Source: Candidatus Electrothrix rattekaaiensis (GTDB lineage: Bacteria > Desulfobacterota > Desulfobulbia > Desulfobulbales > Desulfobulbaceae). From it: DNA of 24,000 bases. Under the pieces are notes generated by a model, which saw only the letters and a program-made list of their open reading frames with translations, did no database searches and was not told where the DNA came from. Location of the stretch: the NCBI GenBank assembly GCA_032595675.1, contig JAVQMD010000001.1, positions 938,640 through 962,639 of the forward strand, written 5' to 3'. Each line of letters begins with the position of its first letter. Positions within the stretch are counted from its first letter, which is position 1. Positions 9,868 to 16,611 of this stretch are shown here, one piece after another. The position numbers were made by a program, and so were the translations under genes.

Positions 9868-10119
9868 ATGCCATCTTTACAAGTGAGAGAGTTGCCGGTT
9901 AATATTTATCATCGTTTGCAAAAAAGGGCGAAAGCGGAACATCGCAGTCTTGCCCAGGAGGCTGTCGTTACCTTGGCAAGAGGTATGGAGACCGCTGTTT
10001 CCCATAAAGATCGCAGGAGAAAATTGCTTCGGACTATTGCTGAGCAAACATGCTTTGTAGGCAAAAAAAGGGCATCTGTGGATCCTGTTCAACTTGTCAG
10101 GGAGGATCGTGAGCGATGA
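9868..10119 (+). CDS. Ribbon-helix-helix antitoxin (FitA/VapB-like)
   Basis: 83 aa. MPSLQVRELPVNIYHRLQKRAKAEHRSLAQEA is the RHH signature (beta-strand, then helices). RBS AGGGAGAAG. Its stop overlaps the ATG of the downstream PIN gene (ATGA at 10116-10119). Possible promoter: TTGCAT (9788-9793), 17-nt spacer, TATTCT (9811-9816), with inverted repeat TGCAT/ATGCA inside the spacer. Confidence 0.7.
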   Translation: MPSLQVRELPVNIYHRLQKRAKAEHRSLAQEAVVTLARGMETAVSHKDRRRKLLRTIAEQTCFVGKKRASVDPVQLVREDRER

Positions 10120-10340
10120 TCGCTGTCCTTGATGCAAGTGCGGCCAGTGGAAGTTGTTCTGCAACGCCCTATGGCAGGGCAGCTGAGTAGGTATCTGAGT
10201 GAGGCGGACTGGGTGGCCGCGCCGACTCTGTTTATTTCGGAAGTCACGAATGTTTTTTGGAAATATCAGCGGTTGACAGACCTTTCTTTGCAGGACTGTG
10301 AGCGAGGCCTTGAACAAGCTGTTGCTCTACCTGATGATGT
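10116..10340 (+). pseudogene. vapC: vapC-like PIN toxin gene, frameshifted and 3'-truncated
   Basis: ATG 10116 gives MIAVLDASAA and then runs out of frame to TAG 10188-10190. The PIN sequence continues in the +1 frame (VEVVLQRP..EADWVAAPTLFISEVTNVFWKY..) in track ORF 10129-10440. This is consistent with one extra base near 10146. PIN-like sequence is lost after ..AVALPDD (~10340), and the C-terminal acidic residues are missing. Confidence 0.6.
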
Positions 10341-10448
10341 TATCGTAAATAGGGGACGTAGCACGTTTTTCAATAATCCCTCCCACCGTTCCATTCGTTT
10401 GCGTAATTATTCCCTTGCCAATTGCATGCTCCCAAGATAAATTTGCAA

Positions 10449-10578
10449 ATCAATAGGGCCAGACTCGATTGATCCATGATGGGTAAATGCGCCCCATATT
10501 TCGGCAGGACAACCTCCCCCTTCTGAATTTTCACGCATTCAAGCGCAGAGTAGGGAGGAAGATGCCTAGTTAGGTAAG
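10449..10578. repeat. Dispersed repeat, copy B (downstream of the decayed third TA cassette)
   Basis: See copies A and C. This copy carries both the 5' hairpin block ATCAAT-N14-ATTGAT (10449-10475) and the 3' blocks shared with copy C (10490-10509, 10523-10540, TAGTTAGG ~10568). Confidence 0.6.
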
Positions 10579-10612
10579 AACGCGTTGTTGTGAAAAATAA
10601 GGAGAGTCAGTT

Positions 10613-11005
10613 ATGATAAAACAGGAAACACATAGTGTGGCAATGGGGTACATCCTCTGGATCTTCGGTTTCATGGGGATGCATCGATTCTACTACGGCA
10701 AACCGATCTCCGGCACCGTGTATTTTTTCACGCTGGGCTTGCTCGGTATCGGTTGGATCATTGATCTGTTTCTGATTCCGGGTATGGATCGTGAAGCTGA
10801 CCTTCGCTTTGCTCCGGGATCTAAAGATTATAATATATGCTGGATTTTACTGGTCTTCCTTGGAGTTTTTGGGGTTCATCGTATGTACATGGGAAAGTGG
10901 CTGAGCGGAATCCTCTATCTTCTTACATTAGGGGTATTCGGTTTAGGTATCCTTTACGATCTCTGGACCCTGAATGATCAGCTCTCGCTCGTGAATGCTG
11001 CGTGA
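10613..11005 (+). CDS. TM2 domain-containing membrane protein (two TM2 repeats)
   Basis: 130 aa. GYILWIFGFMGMHRFYYGK..GIGWIIDLFLIP and LVFLGVFGVHRMYMGK..GLGILYDLWTL match the TM2-domain pattern (G.HRFY.G ... D). Strong RBS AAGGAGAG. Confidence 0.85.
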   Translation: MIKQETHSVAMGYILWIFGFMGMHRFYYGKPISGTVYFFTLGLLGIGWIIDLFLIPGMDREADLRFAPGSKDYNICWILLVFLGVFGVHRMYMGKWLSGILYLLTLGVFGLGILYDLWTLNDQLSLVNAA

Positions 11006-11097
11006 ACAGAGCTGTGGCTTTACCGCGCCTTGCTTTTGGCACTCTTGCTGCAACGTTCACCCCTTTCTCAACAGCGTATGATGTAATCCCTTACTTG

Positions 11098-11700
11098 TCA
11101 TGTCACCTTTTTATCATAAAGAACCAGAAAGACCAGCAGCGTAATAAAGAGCCCCACATGGATCATAAGCAGCAGGGCCGCAGTGGTAAAAGAAGCTGAA
11201 AAGCCTCCGCTCTGGAGCTTGAGATCATTACGTGCGAAAAAGTTTTTCTGAAACGTTTTCTTATCAGCTTCACTCGGCACGTATAAGGTGTAGGACTCTG
11301 AGTCATTTTTAAACGGCAGGGCGACGCCATGCCGCTGATAAATAAGTTGGGCTGCAATACGCCGTTTATTGCCACTGACTGCGGTAACCAGATACTCTGC
11401 CAACTCCTCCTGTATTCCTTTGTTCACTTCTTCCGCGATTTGTTGCTGCATAGCAAAGCTCCCGCGAATGATAACCAGCAGGAAGGAAATATTAACAAAA
11501 AATATAGCGATAAAGAACAGAGCAAAATATTTTCTTTTTTCCTGATTCGCAACCTGCCAAAAACTGACCGGCAGCAAAACAGACAGAAGCAATGCGAAGG
11601 GAAATTGAATCGAATCCTGTTTAACCAGTTCAGGAAAGAAGCAGTAACCCAGCAGAAAGAACGCCCAGATGAGACCGGTCACCCCAGTTATTTTCTTCAT
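11098..11700 (-). CDS. Hypothetical polytopic membrane protein
   Basis: The first ATG is at 11700 (MKKITGVTGLIWAFFLL..). The longer track ORF to 11844 begins with TTG and adds a non-hydrophobic leader. There are four to five hydrophobic segments and no recognised family. Confidence 0.55.
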   Translation of the reverse strand: MKKITGVTGLIWAFFLLGYCFFPELVKQDSIQFPFALLLSVLLPVSFWQVANQEKRKYFALFFIAIFFVNISFLLVIIRGSFAMQQQIAEEVNKGIQEELAEYLVTAVSGNKRRIAAQLIYQRHGVALPFKNDSESYTLYVPSEADKKTFQKNFFARNDLKLQSGGFSASFTTAALLLMIHVGLFITLLVFLVLYDKKVT

Positions 11701-12067
11701 ATTTTCCAAACAAATTGAGTGTAAGGGGAGGGTTGATGAAAATAATCGTCCAAGATATGCCTCCCTAAGAACAGGAATTTTGCTACCTCTGTCTACCTTC
11801 TCGGTGACGGTCTGAGCTTCTCTGGTAGTGTAGCCCCTTGACAAGGGAACGCAAGAGCTAATCTTATTTTCTTTACTCGTGGCACGGTGTTGTACTAAAA
11901 AATGGTGTTCCAGGTGCTCGTTGACTTTTTTTTATGTTGCCAGATCACCAAGGAGTTTATATATATTAAAAGTAAAAAAAACTTTACCGCTTGTATCCGG
12001 AGAGAATGCAGTTCGTCCGAAATACGGGCAATGAGATAAACTTCACAGAACAAGGAGAGTGAGAACC

Positions 12068-13189
12068 ATGAAACTGAAAGTGTTGGCACAGGCTGCTGTT
12101 TTAGTCGTGCTGTCGGCGGGTGTCGCCTTTGCCGGAGGCAGAGCCTTCACCTGCGACGACTGCTCCGATGAATGTTTGGAAAATCCTTACAGCAAAGGAT
12201 GTCCTTCCGTCTGTAAAGATCCAGAATGTCAATCATCCCAAGCATCCTGCGACGACTGCTCAGATGAATGCAAAAAAAACCCGTATGGTGCAGATTGCCC
12301 AGATATCTGTAGGGATGTAACTTGCCAGTCCTGCGAGGACTGTACGGACGAATGTAAAATCAACCCCTATGGCGAAGGCTGTCCCGATATATGCCGTGAC
12401 ATAAAATGTTACAGTTGTGACGACTGTTCTGTAGAGTGTATCGAGAATCCTGAAGGACAGGATTGTCCGCCTGTCTGTGACGAGTTGGGTTGTAATATTT
12501 GCGATAAATACCCCACTGACTGCCCTGCATCCTGCAAAGAAGGATCTCAGGATCAGGAAGGCTGTCCGGCTGAATGTCAGGATGTACCGGAAGAGTGCCT
12601 GTCTGATGACTCTACAGAAACAACTGCAGCGATCACTTGTGATGACTGCCCAGCAGAATGTGAAGACAACCCCTATGCAAAAGGTTGCCCAGCAGAATGT
12701 CAGGAACTCGATTGTTACGGCGGCGGAGTAATGGGACCACTTCGTTTTGTTGGCGACATCGGTTACCTGCGTCTTTCCGATCCGGCTGATTATCTCTTTG
12801 CCCGTCTGGGTGTGGAGTACAGCCCCTTTGCAGCAGGCACCTCACTTGAAAATCTTTCTTTCCTGGCTATGGTCGGTGCCGCTCCAAAGCTGGATGGTTC
12901 TGACGGTGACGATGCGCTGTTGATGGATGTCTTTGCCCAGTACAACTGGTCCGGTACCTTTGACGGCTTTATCGGTCTTGGTTTCGGTGGTTGGATCACA
13001 GATAATGACAGCAATCTTGACTCTGATGACTCTGATCTCGACTTTCTGGCTAATATCGGAGCACGTGTATACGGCGATCAAGATGACTTCAATGTTTCCG
13101 TCTTCCTGGAAGCTCGAAATGCTGTTGATGAGCTGAGCGACATGGATCAATATGGACGTTTTGGTATAGGGTTGCGCTTCCAGCGCTAA
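12068..13189 (+). CDS. Secreted cysteine-rich repeat protein (6 x 6-Cys modules) with Cys-free C-terminal beta-rich domain
   Basis: ATG 12068 follows RBS AAGGAGAG (12052-12059). Signal peptide MKLKVLAQAAVLVVLSAGVAFA. Six tandem modules lie at 12152-12715 with spacing C-x2-C-x3-C-x8-C-x3-C-x4-C (CDDCSDECxxNPYxxxCPxxCxxxxC). The C-terminal ~150 aa has an alternating hydrophobic pattern (..FIGLGFGGWIT.., ..GRFGIGLRFQR). Stop TAA 13187-13189. Confidence 0.8.
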   Translation: MKLKVLAQAAVLVVLSAGVAFAGGRAFTCDDCSDECLENPYSKGCPSVCKDPECQSSQASCDDCSDECKKNPYGADCPDICRDVTCQSCEDCTDECKINPYGEGCPDICRDIKCYSCDDCSVECIENPEGQDCPPVCDELGCNICDKYPTDCPASCKEGSQDQEGCPAECQDVPEECLSDDSTETTAAITCDDCPAECEDNPYAKGCPAECQELDCYGGGVMGPLRFVGDIGYLRLSDPADYLFARLGVEYSPFAAGTSLENLSFLAMVGAAPKLDGSDGDDALLMDVFAQYNWSGTFDGFIGLGFGGWITDNDSNLDSDDSDLDFLANIGARVYGDQDDFNVSVFLEARNAVDELSDMDQYGRFGIGLRFQR

Positions 13190-13262
13190 TTGTTCGTATC
13201 ATAGAGAAGTAGCAGCCGTACAGCAGCGAAGTAAAGCTTCTTGCAAAGGAAGCTTCTACAAA

Positions 13263-13294
13263 GGGCACAGGGAATTTTCCCTGTGCCCTTTTTT
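13263..13294 (+). terminator. Rho-independent terminator after the Cys-rich gene
   Basis: GGGCACAGGG (13263-13272), loop AATTTT, CCCTGTGCCC (13279-13288), then T6 (13289-13294). A second hairpin precedes it: AAGCTTCTT-GCAA-AGGAAGCTT (13234-13255). Confidence 0.75.
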
Positions 13295-13471
13295 GCTTGT
13301 CTCTTACCGAAAGAGAAGAAGGTAGAGGGGGAGGGGGGAGTATAAAGAGGGGATTATGGAAATGGAACAGAGGGGGGGAACCGGCGAGCAAACGCCTCGG
13401 TTAATAGAGGGCAATTAGAGGGCAATGGTATGCAGGAGCAACACCGTTGCCCTCATCATTAGCTACGCCCC

Positions 13472-13657
13472 TTAGGACTCAGTAACAGTGATGGCGTCTG
13501 ACTCGCAAACTTCCACACAGGTCTCACAACCGAGACATTCGTCTTCGTTTACCGGGTCTGATTTTCCATCAACGAACTCGAATACTCCGGCGGGGCAGGA
13601 ACCGACACACTCTTCACAACCTGTACATTTATCTTTGTCTACAACGACTTCAAACAT
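13472..13657 (-). CDS. Small 2x[4Fe-4S] ferredoxin
   Basis: 61 aa with two CxxCxxCxxxCP-type motifs ([12 protein letters not shown]; [12 protein letters not shown]). RBS AAGGAGA upstream. A hairpin GAGGGCAATGGT..ACCGTTGCCCTC (13418-13454) lies just downstream of the stop. Confidence 0.9.
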   Translation of the reverse strand: MFEVVVDKDKCTGCEECVGSCPAGVFEFVDGKSDPVNEDECLGCETCVEVCESDAITVTES

Positions 13658-14029
13658 TGTCTTTCTCCTTAGTAGCGGCCTCTAACGAGCCCTTTTTATA
13701 AAAGTAACCTTACGATTAATTATGCACAAACAATATATATTGACTTGGGCAAAGATACCCTTAATATTTTTGCTGTCAATATTTTTTTTACGTGACCAGC
13801 TTTGTCAGATATTCCCTTAGACTGAACCTGTACTCCTTGGCAGTAAAACGAAAAAATATCCTTCAAATAACACACAAGAAAATAAAGCTTTTTCCCTTGC
13901 TTGCAACACCGTTCTTCTCCCTCCACAAGCTCACTCAACCAAGCATTATTTTCAATCCAAGGAGGTAACCTTCTCTTTCCTCCATCTCACAATAAAAACG
14001 CTTCATCATCTACATTTTTCTCCTACAGC

Positions 14030-14073
14030 TTGACAAGATTTCAGTTTTAGAGTAAATAGGTTTTTAGTGTTAC
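14030..14073 (+). promoter_or_regulatory. Candidate sigma70 promoter of the cbiM/nikM operon, with a GTGTTAC box at the predicted start region
   Basis: TTGACA (14030-14035), 17-nt spacer, TAAATA (14053-14058). GTGTTAC is at 14067-14073. As I recall, it equals one half-site of a NikR-type palindrome proposed for some non-enteric bacteria, but I found no convincing second half-site. Confidence 0.3.
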
Positions 14074-14104
14074 AAAAATTAAAAAAATATTACTATCATT
14101 CATT

Positions 14105-14707
14105 ATGCATATTTCAGAAGGAATTCTCTCGGCACCGGTTCTGATAAGCGGCGGAGTTTTTACTGCCATTGGCACCTTTATTGGGTTGAAAAAAATTGAT
14201 CTTGAACAGATTATGCCTGTTGCTCTGCTTTCCGCTGCTTTTTTTGTTGCAGGACTTGTTCATGTTCCTCTCGGGCCGGGATCCGTACACCTGATGCTCA
14301 TCGGACTTCTTGGTGCCATGCTGGGCTGGGCTGCTTTCCCGGCAATTCTTATCGCTCTTTTTCTTCAGGCCCTGTTTTTCCAATTCGGCGGTTTTGCCGT
14401 CCTCGGGGTGAACACGGTCATAATGTCTGCTCCAGCACTCTGCTGTTATTATTTGACCCGTCCTTGGATGGACAATCCCAAAACACGACCTGCTGCCGCA
14501 TTTATTGCAGGCTTCTTGGCAATTTTCCTGGCCTCGCTACTGACCGCCTGTGCTCTTGCCCTTACCGATACCGGTTTTACAGCTGCTGCGCAACTCATTA
14601 TTGCAGCCAATGTTCCGCTCATGATCATTGAAGGATGTATCACCATGTTTACTGTCGGTTTTCTCGCCAAGGTCCAACCAGAAATTTTACACCTCGAATA
14701 CGCATGA
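14105..14707 (+). CDS. cbiM: CbiM/NikM-family Ni2+/Co2+ ECF substrate-capture (S) component
   Basis: 200 aa. It begins with the hallmark MHISEGIL (Met1-His2 metal-binding N-terminus) and has multiple TM helices (..VHLMLIGLLGAMLGW.., ..NVPLMIIEGCITMF..). Its stop overlaps the next start (ATGA 14704-14707). Confidence 0.9.
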   Translation: MHISEGILSAPVLISGGVFTAIGTFIGLKKIDLEQIMPVALLSAAFFVAGLVHVPLGPGSVHLMLIGLLGAMLGWAAFPAILIALFLQALFFQFGGFAVLGVNTVIMSAPALCCYYLTRPWMDNPKTRPAAAFIAGFLAIFLASLLTACALALTDTGFTAAAQLIIAANVPLMIIEGCITMFTVGFLAKVQPEILHLEYA

Positions 14708-15309
14708 ATCGCTCTCGTCTCCTGGCAATACTCTTCTTTGCCGTATTGTTTTCGTTGTTCGCGCGGTCTGCTCAAGCGCATAAGATGAGTGTGTTTTCAT
14801 GGGCAGGTGACCAGCAGATTTACGGAGAGGCTTTTTTTAGCGGAGGGCGTAAGGTAAAAAATATACCGGTTCACGTTCAAAACAACGAAACCCAAACCAC
14901 CCTGCTGACAACCCAAACCGACGACAAAGGAAAGTTCCAATTCAGCCCTCCTCAACAGGCTGTTCAGCAAAAGCTAGATCTCTTGATCACAGTGGATTCC
15001 GGGGATGGTCATCGAGGAGAATGGCTTCTGACAGCAGACGAGTATCTTTTAACAGACGATGCCCCTTTGTCGGCTCCTCAAAAAGATCGACCAACGGCAG
15101 AGGGCTTTGACGTGGAGACTGTACGTGAAATCGTGCGGCAAGAGCTGAAGAGAGAATTGGTCCCCATTAAACGGCATCTTGCTGAAGGAAGCGAAAAAAA
15201 AGTCAACCCACGGGATATACTGGGCGGGGTCGGCTGCATTATCGGGCTGGCTGGCATCTTTGCCTGGTTCCAATCAAAAAAGAAGAAGAAAACTTCGACA
15301 GACGGATAA
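14704..15309 (+). CDS. NikL-like accessory protein (signal/anchor, periplasmic beta-sandwich-like domain, C-terminal TM anchor)
   Basis: ATG 14704 is coupled to the cbiM stop. N-terminal MNRSRLLAILFFAVLFSLFARSAQA|HKM. The middle region (..IPVHVQNNETQTTLLTTQTDDKGKFQFSPP..) resembles CarboxypepD_reg/transthyretin-like folds. C-terminal TM ILGGVGCIIGLAGIFAWF is followed by KKKKK. The position after nikM matches the NikL slot of NikKMLQO-type systems. Assignment is by context only. Confidence 0.6.
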   Translation: MNRSRLLAILFFAVLFSLFARSAQAHKMSVFSWAGDQQIYGEAFFSGGRKVKNIPVHVQNNETQTTLLTTQTDDKGKFQFSPPQQAVQQKLDLLITVDSGDGHRGEWLLTADEYLLTDDAPLSAPQKDRPTAEGFDVETVREIVRQELKRELVPIKRHLAEGSEKKVNPRDILGGVGCIIGLAGIFAWFQSKKKKKTSTDG

Positions 15310-15390
15310 GGTATCCCTTGTCGGCAAAAGAGGATCTTGCTCAATCATGATCCAGAAAATAATACTTGAGTTAAAAAAGGAGTAATAACG

Positions 15391-16158
15391 ATGAAGATCA
15401 AAGCTGTCGCTGCAACTGCACTCTTTCTCGCCTGCATGACAGGTGAGGCCCTTGCCCATTTCGGAATGATTATCCCCTCGGAGAATATCCTGACACCGAA
15501 AAAGAAGAGCGTTCAACTTGACCTCTCTTTTTCCCATCCTTTTGAAATAATCGGTATGGAATTGGATAAGCCGAAAGCATTCTTTATGGTGTCTGGCGAT
15601 CAGAGAACAGACTTGATTCCGTCTCTCAAAGCGACCAAAGTGATGGATAACCCGAGCTGGACAACGCAAGTTTCCATCAAACGTCCTGGAGTATATACCT
15701 TTGTCATGGAGCCGACCCCGTATTGGGAACCAGCTGAAGACTTGCATATCATCCATTACACCAAAACCATAATTGCCGCCTTTGGTGATGATCAAGGCTG
15801 GGATGAGCCTGTGGGGATTGCCACAGAAATCGTCCCACTGACCCGTCCCTTTGGGAATTATGCAGGCAACAGCTTTTCTGGCCAAGTCTTACTGGACGGA
15901 AAGCCGGTTCCCGGTGCGGAGGTCGAAGTGGAGCTGTACAATAAGGACAAGAAATTCAGTGCTCCCAGCGATTACCACGTCACCCAGGTCGTCAAGGCTG
16001 ACGAAACCGGGGTTTTCACCTTTGCTTGTCCCCAAGCAGGATGGTGGGGGTTTTCCGCCCTGAATGAAGCCGACTATACCATCAAGGATCCTGAAGGCAA
16101 CGAGAAAGGGGTTGAGCTGGGTGCTGTGCTTTGGACCTATCTGGATGCCTACAAATAG
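15391..16158 (+). CDS. DUF4198 / NikK-like periplasmic metal-binding component
   Basis: RBS AAAAGGAG. Signal peptide MKIKAVAATALFLACMTGEALA|HFGMIIPS. The body (..VYTFVMEPTPYWEPAED.., ..GQVLLDGKPVPGAEVEVELYN.., ..DETGVFTFACPQAGWWGF) fits the DUF4198 pattern (COG5266-type periplasmic component). Confidence 0.75.
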   Translation: MKIKAVAATALFLACMTGEALAHFGMIIPSENILTPKKKSVQLDLSFSHPFEIIGMELDKPKAFFMVSGDQRTDLIPSLKATKVMDNPSWTTQVSIKRPGVYTFVMEPTPYWEPAEDLHIIHYTKTIIAAFGDDQGWDEPVGIATEIVPLTRPFGNYAGNSFSGQVLLDGKPVPGAEVEVELYNKDKKFSAPSDYHVTQVVKADETGVFTFACPQAGWWGFSALNEADYTIKDPEGNEKGVELGAVLWTYLDAYK

Positions 16159-16611
16159 AAACGTTTCTTCTCCAGCCTTTTCAGAAAGAGAGCTTTGCTG
16201 GCAACCTCCAGGTTTCCGGCACCCTTGCCCGCAGCGTAACCGGCCTTCTGGTCAGTTATGAGCTCAGCGGCAACCTGGATGATCTCTTTCTTCCTGCTCT
16301 GAGGAGCTCGTCCCGCCGCAGGGACGGGCTCTGGCTATGCTCTCTCCCTTTGCGGTTCCCAGCCTGATTTCCATCAACGGGAAAGCTTTCTGGTGCGGCT
16401 CTAACGGCTCTCACTGGAACGTATGTAATACTCCCCCCTCTGCCGATTGCCTTGGCAAGCCCGCCCCGCTCCCCTGCCTGTTACCATTTCCCTGTTCGAC
16501 AGCAGCGAGAAACTCTGCTATATAGATTCAATGCTTGGAGGGGCGCAGAAGGCATTGCAGGGAACGTCGCTCCTGACGCAACAACAACCTGAATCCAAGG
16601 GGAGAGACATC

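Noticed and set aside
7722-10578. Integron attC-site / cassette-array interpretation of the dispersed repeats
   Set aside because: Only copy B contains a GTTRRRY-like core (GTTAGGT ~10569). I found no paired R''/R' boxes or long imperfect palindrome, the cassettes lie on both strands, and no intI is present in the window.
11880-11895. Sigma-54-like TGGCAC box upstream of the Cys-rich gene
   Set aside because: TGGCACGGTGTTGTA has the -12 element as TTGT rather than TTGC, and the spacing is one nt short of the consensus GG-N10-GC. This is too weak to call.
13309-13380. ~70-nt almost pure purine (G/A) tract
   Set aside because: It is striking to the eye but lies between a terminator and a convergent gene end. 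I cannot tie it to any function; H-DNA or a spacer is only a guess.
13720-13938. 72-aa minus-strand ORF in the ferredoxin-cbiM intergenic region
   Set aside because: It is AT-rich with no RBS and a low-complexity, Lys/Cys-rich sequence. It overlaps the likely promoter region.
13940-14104. Cobalamin or NiCo riboswitch upstream of cbiM
   Set aside because: The predicted promoter leaves a leader of only ~40 nt, and the region is AT-rich without the conserved B12-box or a paired-stem architecture.
16149-16334. Stop-free 61-codon stretch on the minus strand after nikK (..SRKKEIIQVAAELITDQKAGYAAGKGAGNLEVASKALFLKRLEKKRFYL*)
   Set aside because: It looks protein-like but has no ATG/GTG/TTG start after the upstream TAG. 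It is probably a 3' gene remnant and is not annotated as a gene.
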